A stretch of 64,000 nucleotides of DNA from an uncultured Hyphomicrobium sp. (GCA_964581475.1 CAZOOS010000001.1:3991-67990); one strand, 5' to 3'. Counted from the first letter of the stretch, positions 49,753 to 58,225 are shown. Made by a program: numbers and translations. Notes: generated by a model from the letters alone, not told the origin.

Positions 49753-50220
49753 TCACATGCCGTGCTGCTCAGGGTCCTGGGCGATGTCGGCCGAGATCAG
49801 CACCACCGGCTTTTTGCTGGTGTTTTTCCACCAGTGCGACAGGCCGCCCTGCTCGACCGACAGTTCGCCGGTCTTGTGCACGATCGGTACCTGGCAGTGG
49901 CTCGAGTACTCGGTGATGCTTCCCGACACGACGTAGATGAGCGCGGGCCGCTCGCCGTGGCTGTGCCAGGCGACCTCGCCGCCGGGCTTGATGTCGAGGC
50001 GGCGCATGCGCAGGTGATGCCCGGCGACGGCGATCTTCTCCTTGGAGAGGTCGATCTGGCCGAGCAGCTTTTCCGACACGTCCTTGTGAGCCGTGGCACC
50101 GGCCTTTTGGCCGTCGGTAGTTTCCTTGCCGGCGGGGCAGGTGCCGGCAAAGGCGGGCGCGGAGATGGAAAGTGTGCCTGCAACGAGCGCGGCGAGAAGA
50201 CTGAGTTTGATCCGGGTCAT
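49753..50220 (-). CDS. Secreted cupin-domain protein
   Basis: Signal peptide; PGGEVAWHSHGERP..YVVSG, E....HWWKN. Confidence 0.88.
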   Translation of the reverse strand: MTRIKLSLLAALVAGTLSISAPAFAGTCPAGKETTDGQKAGATAHKDVSEKLLGQIDLSKEKIAVAGHHLRMRRLDIKPGGEVAWHSHGERPALIYVVSGSITEYSSHCQVPIVHKTGELSVEQGGLSHWWKNTSKKPVVLISADIAQDPEQHGM

Positions 50221-50302
50221 GGGGGCATCCTTTGCAAAGGGTTGAACGAGCGCGCGTGACGACAGCGCCCATGTCCGGAGGATGCCCGTCGTGAGGGCTT
50301 GA

Positions 50303-50346
50303 TTTGAAATGCCGATTGGCCACCGTATCGATAGCTCTTGGCTATG
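50303..50346 (-). promoter_or_regulatory. LysR operator upstream of cupin-MFS
   Basis: TTTGAAATGCCGATTGGCCACCGTATCGATAGCTCTTGGCTATG. Confidence 0.75.
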
Positions 50347-50406
50347 GGCGCGCAAAAAAGCTCCCGACAGATGCCAGGAGCCGAAGCAAGACCTGCGGAG
50401 CGGGTG

Positions 50407-51255
50407 CTACTGTGCCGTCCAGCCGCCTTCGACCGGTATCGCGGCGCCGGTGATCGATCGTGCGGAGTGCGAGCACAAGAACACCGCCAGGGCGCCGATC
50501 TCCTCCGTGGTGACGAACTGGCGAGTTGGCTGCGCGTGCAGCAGCACGTCCCGGACGACCTGTTCCTCCGTCAGCCCGCGCGCCTTTGCCGTTTCGGGAA
50601 TCTGCTTCTCGACAAGCGGAGTCAGTACGTAGCCGGGACATATGGCGTTGACCGTGATGCCGTGCTCGGCCGTCTCCAGAGCCACGGTTTTCGTCAGGCC
50701 GAGGATGCCGTGTTTGGCCGAAACGTAGGCGGATTTGAACGGGGAGGCGACGAGCGCATGCGCCGAGGCGACGTTAATGATGCGCCCGAAGCGGCGCGCC
50801 TTCATCCCGGCAACAGCGGCACGGATCGCATGGAAGGCAGCCGACAGATCGATGGCCACAATGGCGTTCCACTTCTCGATGGGGAACGTCTCTATGGCCT
50901 CCACATGTTGGATGCCTGCGTTGTTAACGAGTACGTCGACCGCGCCGAAGGTCTCGGTGGTTTCGTCAACCATGCGGGCTATGTCATCCGGTCGCGACAT
51001 GTCAGCGGCGGAGTAAGCCGTTCTTACGCCATAGGTTTCCGCCAAGTCGGTGACGGTGCGATCAATCTCGCGCCGATCGCCAAAGCCATTCAGCAGGACG
51101 TTCATGCCGCACGCCGCGAACGCGCGCGCAACGCCGAGCCCGATGCCGCTGGTCGATCCGGTGACGATGGCCGACCTGCCCAACAAATCGGCAAATCCGT
51201 AAGGATCCGCGGTCGGCATACTTTTCGCAGGCTTGTCCAGCATTTGCGTCTCCAT
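50407..51255 (-). CDS. bdhA: D-3-hydroxybutyrate dehydrogenase
   Basis: TGSTSGIG, NNAGIQH, SAHALVASPFKSAYVSAKHG, CPGYVLTPLV, GGWTAQ. Confidence 0.92.
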   Translation of the reverse strand: METQMLDKPAKSMPTADPYGFADLLGRSAIVTGSTSGIGLGVARAFAACGMNVLLNGFGDRREIDRTVTDLAETYGVRTAYSAADMSRPDDIARMVDETTETFGAVDVLVNNAGIQHVEAIETFPIEKWNAIVAIDLSAAFHAIRAAVAGMKARRFGRIINVASAHALVASPFKSAYVSAKHGILGLTKTVALETAEHGITVNAICPGYVLTPLVEKQIPETAKARGLTEEQVVRDVLLHAQPTRQFVTTEEIGALAVFLCSHSARSITGAAIPVEGGWTAQ

Positions 51256-51400
51256 CGATCCTTGTCCTGAATTAAAGGAGACCCGGGGCGTGCACGCGAG
51301 GGACGGTAGCGGCCCCGGGTCCAGGCGACTGACGGCGGAGGGGGGCGACCGTCAGCGGGGAACCAGTTTCGACAGCGACGCTATGCGTAAGAAGTTGTAA

Positions 51401-51444
51401 GTTGAAATGCCGTATGGGTCCGGAATTGATAGCAAGCGGCTATG
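51401..51444. promoter_or_regulatory. LysR operator between bdhA and the divergent lysR (probable autoregulatory site)
   Basis: GTTGAAATGCCGTATGGGTCCGGAATTGATAGCAAGCGGCTATG. Confidence 0.78.
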
Positions 51445-51508
51445 GCTTGACGGCGCACAGCGGCTGCAGGACTTTCGCCGCCGAATTTGACTGCGTTGGT
51501 GTCCCCGC

Positions 51509-52405
51509 ATGGAAATGCACCAGGTCCGGTACTTCCTCGCTGTAGCGCGCCTGCTGAACTTCACTCGCGCCGCCGAGGAGTGTCACGTCGCGCAGCCGTC
51601 GCTCACGCGAGCCATCAAGCAATTGGAAGAAGAATTGGGCGGAGAACTTTTCCGCCGCGAGCGCAACCTCACGCACCTGTCCGAGCTCGGCAATCGCATG
51701 CTGCCCCTGATGCAGCAATGCTTCGACAGCGCACAGGCCGCCAAACAGGTGGCGACCTCGATCAAGAAGGGCGCGCTGGCACCGCTGTCGATCGCGCTGC
51801 CGTTCACCATCAACATCGAGATCGTGCTGCCGTTCCTGAAGGAGCTGGTGCGCGCGATGCCGGGCCTCAATCTCAAATTCGTGCGCGGCAGCAGCATGGA
51901 AGTGAGCGAGCACCTGAAGAAGGGGAGCGCCGATCTCGCGGTGGCGCCGAGACTTCCCGAAAGCTGGGATCGTCTCGAGTCCTGGCCCTTGTTCACCGAA
52001 GCCTACCGGCTCGTCACCGCGAAGGCGCATCCGTTTGCCAAACATGGATCCGCCACGGTCGAGGCGCTGAAGAAGGAACGGATGATCTGCCGCCCCTATT
52101 GCGAGGATTTCGAACGCGGAATTAGCTTCTTCAACGCATCCGGCGTTGAAGTTCCAACCGCCCACAACGCGGGCTCGGATGCAGACTTCGTGGCGCTGCT
52201 GGCAGCCGAGCTCGGGGTCGGATTCGCGCCCGAGAGCTGCCTGACGTCGCCCGACCTCGCGCTGATCGAGGTTGAAGGATTTGAGATGGACAGGACAGTG
52301 TTCGCCTACGCCGTGGCCGGGCGCCAGCGCTCAGCGGCAGCCAGCACGTTGATCAAGATGATGCGCGCGGCCGACTGGGGGCGCCAAGAAGGCCAAGCCG
52401 CTTGA
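51509..52405 (+). CDS. LysR-family transcriptional regulator
   Basis: QVRYFLAVA..LNFTRAAEECHVAQPSLTRAIKQLEEELG HTH; 298 aa. Confidence 0.95.
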   Translation: MEMHQVRYFLAVARLLNFTRAAEECHVAQPSLTRAIKQLEEELGGELFRRERNLTHLSELGNRMLPLMQQCFDSAQAAKQVATSIKKGALAPLSIALPFTINIEIVLPFLKELVRAMPGLNLKFVRGSSMEVSEHLKKGSADLAVAPRLPESWDRLESWPLFTEAYRLVTAKAHPFAKHGSATVEALKKERMICRPYCEDFERGISFFNASGVEVPTAHNAGSDADFVALLAAELGVGFAPESCLTSPDLALIEVEGFEMDRTVFAYAVAGRQRSAAASTLIKMMRAADWGRQEGQAA

Positions 52406-52406
52406 T

Positions 52407-53117
52407 TCATGCGCGCGCCGCCGAAACCGCGTCGAGGATGGCCTCGACGTCCATGCGCTTGCGATAGTCGGGATCGATGTGGCGCGCCTTGACGAGCCCG
52501 TCGCTACCCACGACGAACGTCGCCGGAATCGGCAGCGTCCAATTGTCGTTGGCATTGTAAGGCGTGATGTTCCAACCGGCAAACTTCATGACCTGCTTCT
52601 TCTCGTCGCCGACGTAGAAGGCCAAGTTCAGCATCAGCGCGTAGCCGTTGTCCATGTCCGACAGCACCGGATAGCGCGCGCCCACCGCCGACCGCAGCTC
52701 TTCGTTAAAGCGCTCGATCTCTGGCGTGATGACGACCAGTTCCGCCCCGCGCGCCAGCACGGAATCATGGATGCGGGTGAGCGCGTCGGCGGTAATGCGA
52801 CAATACGGACACCAGTGGCCGCGATGGAAGGCGACCACCACAGGACCTCGCTCCACGAGATCGGCAAGGCTCACCAATTTTCCATTCTGATCGGGCAGCA
52901 TGAAGTCGGGCATCGGCTCGCCGGGGCCCGGTGCGTTTTCGCCGGCGCCGGACGCCTTCAGCCGGGCGATCATGCGCTCGACGATATCGGCAAAGTCGGA
53001 ATTGAGTGCGCGCACTTCATCGGCAAACGCTTGCAGCCGCGCGGCCAGCGGCGCATCGAGGTTGCGACAGCGCTCGGTCGTCTCCTCGAGAATTGCGGCT
53101 ATCGATGGTTCGGCCAT
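52407..53117 (-). CDS. AhpC/TSA peroxiredoxin-like protein 1 (alternative start 53186)
   Basis: PDFMLPD, FHRGHWCPYC, LSDMDNGYA, LPIPATFVV, DPDYRKR. Confidence 0.88.
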   Translation of the reverse strand: MAEPSIAAILEETTERCRNLDAPLAARLQAFADEVRALNSDFADIVERMIARLKASGAGENAPGPGEPMPDFMLPDQNGKLVSLADLVERGPVVVAFHRGHWCPYCRITADALTRIHDSVLARGAELVVITPEIERFNEELRSAVGARYPVLSDMDNGYALMLNLAFYVGDEKKQVMKFAGWNITPYNANDNWTLPIPATFVVGSDGLVKARHIDPDYRKRMDVEAILDAVSAARA

Positions 53118-53199
53118 CTTCGGCTCCGAAATTGCGTCGCCCGACGCCACGAATTCATCTTTGTGCAGACGGGCGTAAACCGCCACAAAATATCTGGCA

Positions 53200-53907
53200 T
53201 CACGCGTGTTCCTTCAAGGAACCTATCGCAAGCAGAATATCCTCGATATCCATGCGTGTACGAAAATCCGGGTCGACCTTGCGGGCGACGACGCGCCCTT
53301 TGCCGTCGAGCACAAACGTTGCCGGTATTGGGACGAACCAGGCACCATTGCCCTGATAGCGCTCGATATCGAGGCCGAACTGCTGATAGAGCGCGCGCAC
53401 TTCGTCACCAAGCCACATGACGATGCCCAGAGCCAAGGCGTACCCGTTGTCGATGTCGGACAGCACGGTGACCGTCTCGTCCGTAAGCGAGCAGACCTTG
53501 CGCGTGTATTCGCCGCGCTCCGGCATGATCGAGACGACCTGAACGCCGTGCGCGGCGAGTTCGGCGTGGGCGCGTGCAAAGGCGAGAAGCTCAAGCTCAC
53601 AGTACTCGCACCAATGGCCGCGATTGAAGCTGACGACCACTGGTCCATTGGCCAGCAAGCTATCCAGATCGCGAAGATGGCCGGTGTGTTCGGGAAGCAA
53701 GAACGGCGGCAGGATATCACCTACGGCGGGAGCGGTGATGCCGGCGGCGGCATTCTTGAGTTGCGTGATGAGATGCTGATAGGCGGCGGCGAACGGGCGG
53801 CCGTGTTGTTCGACAGCGGCTGTGAACAGCGCCAGGCGCTCGTTCAAGGGCGCCTCCGCCGCGCAGATCTTCTTGAACGCTTGCTCGAGCGGGCTCGTCT
53901 CGGTCAT
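53200..53907 (-). CDS. AhpC/TSA peroxiredoxin-like protein 2
   Basis: FNRGHWCEYC, LSDIDNGYA, VPIPATFVL, DPDFRTR. AGGAGG RBS. Confidence 0.88.
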   Translation of the reverse strand: MTETSPLEQAFKKICAAEAPLNERLALFTAAVEQHGRPFAAAYQHLITQLKNAAAGITAPAVGDILPPFLLPEHTGHLRDLDSLLANGPVVVSFNRGHWCEYCELELLAFARAHAELAAHGVQVVSIMPERGEYTRKVCSLTDETVTVLSDIDNGYALALGIVMWLGDEVRALYQQFGLDIERYQGNGAWFVPIPATFVLDGKGRVVARKVDPDFRTRMDIEDILLAIGSLKEHA

Positions 53908-53968
53908 CGCGCGACCCTCCTGGGAGGAGCTGCGGCATTCGGAATATTTTTTAGTGTGCTTCGGTAGT

Positions 53969-54691
53969 TCAGCCATGCCTTGCCGTACTATGAGCCTCCG
54001 CGCGACGCAACGCGCTCAAGATTTCATCGACCTCCATTCGTAAACGGAAGTCCGGATCGACGTGCCGGGAGACGACAAGCCCATCAGCGGCAACCACAAA
54101 TGTCGCCGGTAATGGAACGAACCAGCCGTCGTTGCCGTGGATCTGGTCGAGGTGGACGCCGCGCCCCTTCATCAGTTCCTTCAGGCGATCGCCGAGCCAG
54201 AGGACGAGGCCGAGTGAAAGTGCATAGCCGTTGTCGATATCGGTCAGGATCAGCAGCTTGCCCTCGGTGTCGGCGTCAAGCTGGCCGAGGAATCCTTGCC
54301 GGTCAGGCAATATCGACACCACGCGTCCACCGTGCGCGGCGATCTCCTCGTGATAGGCGGCGACGGTCCGCAGCTCGATCTTGCAGAACGGGCACCAATG
54401 CCCGCGGTTGAAGCTGATCACCACCGGTCCAGCAACCAACATCTCATCAAGGCGAATAAGTTCGCCTGAACGCGACGGCAGCGCGAATTGCGGCATGGGT
54501 TCGCCGACATTCGGTGCACCCGCGCCGATGCCGCCGTCGATGAGGCGCGCGACAAGCGTGTCATATGCTTCGGCGAAAGGAAAATTGAGCTCCTGCAACT
54601 TCTCCGAGTAAGCGGCGAGCTTGCGGCTAAGGGGGCCATCCATCACGCAGATGTCTGCGAATGCTTGTTGGAGCGTGTTGGGAGCTGTCAC
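53969..54691 (-). CDS. AhpC/TSA peroxiredoxin-like protein 3
   Basis: FNRGHWCPFC, LTDIDNGYA, VPLPATFVV, DPDFRLR. Confidence 0.88.
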   Translation of the reverse strand: MTAPNTLQQAFADICVMDGPLSRKLAAYSEKLQELNFPFAEAYDTLVARLIDGGIGAGAPNVGEPMPQFALPSRSGELIRLDEMLVAGPVVISFNRGHWCPFCKIELRTVAAYHEEIAAHGGRVVSILPDRQGFLGQLDADTEGKLLILTDIDNGYALSLGLVLWLGDRLKELMKGRGVHLDQIHGNDGWFVPLPATFVVAADGLVVSRHVDPDFRLRMEVDEILSALRRAEAHSTARHG

Positions 54692-54799
54692 CGGGCCGTA
54701 CCAATTCTGTTGTTGTTGCTTACGCCGAGCGCCGATGATGTTAGCGCGGTGCGATGCACGAAGCGATACAGCCTCTCTTTAGATCGTGAACGAGATGAT

Positions 54800-54831
54800 C
54801 TGGAAGCCGGGCACGAGGCGCCGGCTTCCAG
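54800..54831. repeat. Inverted repeat (11-bp stem), possible terminator or stabiliser after the peptide gene
   Basis: CTGGAAGCCGG-N10-CCGGCTTCCAG. Confidence 0.5.
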
Positions 54832-54941
54832 TACTTCCGCGCATCAGACAGTTGCCGTGAAGAACACCGGGAGACCAACCATCGGGCTGGTTGTTTCATT
54901 GGCATGTCTGCGCGGATCGCTTCCAGGTTGTGGCAAGCCGA

Positions 54942-55076
54942 TCAGCGGCCGTCCACGAAGCCGCGCACCGTGATGGTGGAGCCGGTGCGGGCCAGCTCAC
55001 GAACGTCCGAGCCGGCATAGGCGGCCGTCGTTGCCAGCACAGTGCCAAGCAGAGAGGTCAGGATGATCGTATTCAT
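54942..55076 (-). CDS. Tiny secreted peptide (44 aa): MNTIILTSLLGTVLATTAAYA-GSDVRELARTGSTITVRGFVDGR
   Basis: GGAG RBS; Sec signal with AYA site; upstream LysR operator. Confidence 0.72.
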   Translation of the reverse strand: MNTIILTSLLGTVLATTAAYAGSDVRELARTGSTITVRGFVDGR

Positions 55077-55184
55077 GGTCTGTCTCCATATCGTTGAGGT
55101 GTGAACTCCCGTGGCGGGAGCGAAGCCGAGGCGGAACGGTCCGTCTCGCGATGTTCGGAAGATGCAGGACCGGCAGCCAATTCG

Positions 55185-55266
55185 GAAATATTGGCTTTCT
55201 CTCAATTCGATAGCCCGATGCTATCGGCGCGCACTTGCATCAATTCCATAGCCAACCGGCATTTCA
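55185..55266. promoter_or_regulatory. Divergent LysR operators (peptide + peroxiredoxins / bufferin operon)
   Basis: GAAATATTGG...ATAGCCCGATGCTAT (55210-55224) and ATCAATTCCATAGCCAACCGGCATTTCA (reverse complement of the TGAAATGCCG consensus). Confidence 0.75.
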
Positions 55267-55348
55267 CGCGAGCACGCCTCAGCGGCACCTTCTCCGTACC
55301 GGCGCGACCGCGCGCCGTATTCCCTCGAACCGATACGGAGATCCACCC

Positions 55349-55642
55349 ATGGCGAATACAAGAACCGTCCTGTTGTCGGCCGTCGCGGCGTTGGCCGGCG
55401 TGACCGCCCTGTCGCAAGCGACGCTTGCAGATGATGCCAGCAAGGAGAAGTGCTACGGCATCAGCGCTGCCGGTAAGAACGACTGCGCGTCGTCCGGCAA
55501 CAACTCCTGCGCCGGCACCTCGAAGGCCGATTTCGACAAGGGCGCGTGGAAGTACGTGCCAGCCGGAACGTGCACCTCCACTACGGTGACGTTGCCTGAC
55601 GGCAGCTCGCGTAACGGCTCGCTGCAGCCCATCAAGTCGTGA
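55349..55642 (+). CDS. bufA: Bufferin precursor (DUF2282, BufA1 type)
   Basis: Signal peptide; EKCYG..AGKNDC...SCAG....D..AW.YVPAGTC four-Cys pattern. Confidence 0.92.
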   Translation: MANTRTVLLSAVAALAGVTALSQATLADDASKEKCYGISAAGKNDCASSGNNSCAGTSKADFDKGAWKYVPAGTCTSTTVTLPDGSSRNGSLQPIKS

Positions 55643-55650
55643 GGCGTGCG

Positions 55651-56532
55651 ATGTCTGCAGCAACCAAGCTCGGACAGCGCATGAACACCCCGATCCCGGC
55701 GCGTGCCGGGGTCGGGCTCAAGCCCGAGCACTATCGCCACGTAATCGACACCTGGCCCGACGTTGGCTGGTTTGAAGTTCACCCTGAAAACTACATGGGC
55801 GCCGGTGGCTGGCCGCATCACGTGTTGGAGCGTGTGCGTGCGCGTTATCCGCTGTCGTTGCACGGCGTCGGGCTGTCGATCGGCGGCGCGGAGCCTCTTA
55901 ATCGCCAGCACGCTGCACGCTTAGCCGAGCTCGTCAAGCGCTACGAGCCGGGTCTCGTCTCCGAGCACCTCGCGTGGTCCACCCACGAAGGCCACTTCCT
56001 CAACGATCTGCTGCCCCTGCCTTACAACGAGGTGACGCTGGCGCACGTCGCACGGCACGTGGATGAGTTGCAGGAGGTGCTTGGGCGCCGCGTGCTGATT
56101 GAGAACCCGTCGACGTACGTGACTTTCTCAACGAGCGACATGTCGGAGGTCGACTTCCTGAGCGAGCTCGTGCGGCGCACCGGCTGTGGGCTGCTGCTCG
56201 ACTGCAACAACGTCTACGTGTGCGCAATCAATCACCACTTCGATCCCGCGGCTTACGTCGATGCTTTTCCCATCGCGCACGCCGGCGAGATTCACCTCGC
56301 CGGGTACGCGGAGATTGCTGACGATGACGGCTCGCCGCTGCTCATTGATGCCCATGACCGCACCGTACGCGACGCGGTGTGGACACTCTATGCGCGCGTC
56401 ATTGCCCGCGCCGGCGCCATACCGACTCTCATCGAATGGGACAACGACGTCCCGACGTGGGGAGAGCTGCATGCCGAGGCGATGAAGGCCGAACGCATCC
56501 TTCAGCTGAAGGAGGCCTCCCGTGCTGCATAA
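55651..56532 (+). CDS. bufB: Multinuclear non-heme iron oxidase (DUF692)
   Basis: GVGLK, EVHPENY, SLHGVGLSIG, VSEHLAW, IENPS, LLLDCNN, EIHLAG, IDAH, LIEWD. Confidence 0.95.
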   Translation: MSAATKLGQRMNTPIPARAGVGLKPEHYRHVIDTWPDVGWFEVHPENYMGAGGWPHHVLERVRARYPLSLHGVGLSIGGAEPLNRQHAARLAELVKRYEPGLVSEHLAWSTHEGHFLNDLLPLPYNEVTLAHVARHVDELQEVLGRRVLIENPSTYVTFSTSDMSEVDFLSELVRRTGCGLLLDCNNVYVCAINHHFDPAAYVDAFPIAHAGEIHLAGYAEIADDDGSPLLIDAHDRTVRDAVWTLYARVIARAGAIPTLIEWDNDVPTWGELHAEAMKAERILQLKEASRAA

Positions 56533-57332
56533 TGTGCGTATCGTCTCCGTGGCCGACCATCAGGATGCCTTCGCGCGTGCACTCCTGTGGCACGCCGAGG
56601 CATTACCGCCCGCCATCGCTGGACCCCGTGCGGGCACCCCGACGAAGCGTTTCGGTGTCTATCGCAACAACGTATTTGCCAGCCTGACAGGCTGCCTCGC
56701 CGCACGCTTTTCCTGTCGTCGCGCGCCTCGTCGGTGAAGAGTTCTTCTCGGCGATGGCACGAGTGTTCGTGGAGCGCCATCCGCCCACATCGCCGGCACT
56801 GTTCGAGTACGGCGACGACTTCCCCTCGTTTCTCACGTTGTTCCCCCCGGCAAAGGCGCTGCCGTATTTGCCCGACGTCGCACGTCTCGAATGGCACATC
56901 GCCACCGCGTACCACGCGGCCGACGCGCAGCCGATCGACGCGACCGCCTTGGGACAGCTGGGCCATGAAGCGCTCGAGGCCGCACTCGTCCTGCATCCCT
57001 CATGCGCGATCGTTGTTTCGCACTATCCCATCTTCAATATTTGGCAGACCAACACCCGGGACGAAGTCGTGCAGCACGTGGACGCATCGGCTGGCGGCGA
57101 GGCTGCGCTGATCGTGCGCCCGCATTTCAACGTCGAAGTCGTTCGGCTCGACACCGCGGTCTACGCTTTCACCGCCGCTCTTGCCGCCGGTCACGCGCTG
57201 GAGCTCGCCGCCGAAATTGCCACAGAGCTCGACAGCTCACTCGATGTCGGAGAAGCCCTGCAGACGCTCTTTTCCAGCGGCGCCATCATTGGCTTGCGGC
57301 CCGCATCACGCGTTCCATCACGACCAACATGA
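56522..57332 (+). pseudogene. bufC: DUF2063 partner protein, interrupted by a +1 frameshift at TTTT 56708-56711
   Basis: RFGVYRNN upstream. Deleting one T restores ARFPVVARLVGEEFFSAMARVF and joins to YGDDFP..LPDVARLEW. Confidence 0.88.
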
Positions 57333-57342
57333 GGCTCATGTC

Positions 57343-57807
57343 ATGCGCGACCTGATTGATGCGGCCCTCGCGGCCTTCAAAAGCATTCCCGACGATCTCA
57401 TTTCGTACATCGCCCGCATCGGCATTGGCACGACGTTCTTCCGCTCAGGGATGTTGAAGCTGGACGGCTGGGCCGATGGCAACACGCTGACGCTGTTTCG
57501 TGAGGAGTATCGCTTGCCGCTGCTGCCGCCCGAGATTGCCGCTTATCTAGCTACGACCGCGGAGCTGACCCTGCCGTTGCTCCTCTTTGCGGGACTGTTC
57601 ACCCGCTTTGCGTCTGCCGGCCTGCTTGTGATGACCCTGGTGATAGAGGTCTTCGTCTACCCCAACGCATTCGACACCCACGGCGTGTGGGCCGTCGCGC
57701 TGTTCTTTCTAATGAAGTACGGCGCCGGTGCCCTCTCCCTCGATAACCTGCTTGCTCATCTGCGGGGCGATAACGGCAGGGCACCCCGCGAATCAGACGG
57801 TACTTAA
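57343..57807 (+). CDS. bufD: DoxX-family membrane protein
   Basis: FFRSG..K, LFREEY, AELTLPLLL..GLFTR, VYP, HGVW, GAGALSLD. Confidence 0.9.
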   Translation: MRDLIDAALAAFKSIPDDLISYIARIGIGTTFFRSGMLKLDGWADGNTLTLFREEYRLPLLPPEIAAYLATTAELTLPLLLFAGLFTRFASAGLLVMTLVIEVFVYPNAFDTHGVWAVALFFLMKYGAGALSLDNLLAHLRGDNGRAPRESDGT

Positions 57808-58135
57808 GCCAAAGCGGTTCACCGAGCAGGTTGCGTAGAGGGTGGTCCGCCATGCAGAACAACCTTGGCCGTCAGAGTAGACGCCCGGCTTGCGGGCCTG
57901 CTTCACTTGCACGAACCGTGAGCAAGTTCGCCTTAGCCATCCCGCGTCCCCCTTTTTGCTGGAGCGCCGCGTCGTGCGCCCCTCTTTCCGGCCCTCTTTT
58001 TTTGATGTGCTGTCCTGAGATTCGGCAGGCTCGCACGAGCAGCCATGCACACCTGTGTTGTGCGCTAAGTGTCCGCCAGCACAAGCATTCTGCGCTTCAG
58101 TGAGGCGTCATGATTTCTCGTGAGCAGGACTGGGT

Positions 58136-58225
58136 TGGCGGAAGGGGTGGGATTCGAACCCACGGTACCCTTGCGAGCACGGCGGTTTTCAAGACCGCTG
58201 CCTTAAACCACTCGGCCACCCTTCC
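58136..58225 (-). tRNA. tRNA-Ser (anticodon UGA)
   Basis: GGAAGGGTGGCCGAGTGGTTTAAGGCAGCGGTCTTGAAAACCGC...long variable arm...GGTTCGAATCC..CCTTCCGCCA, 90 nt. Confidence 0.97.

Noticed and set aside
48392-49756. 454-aa Arg-rich minus-strand ORF
   Set aside because: Alternative frame over the MFS gene.
51509-52405. Calling the LysR gene oxyR
   Set aside because: Lacks the canonical two-Cys OxyR motif despite the OxyR-like operator.
54741-54905. Possible short minus-strand ORF (MPMKQPARW...) between the peptide gene and the peroxiredoxins
   Set aside because: No RBS, no motif, and it spans an inverted repeat.
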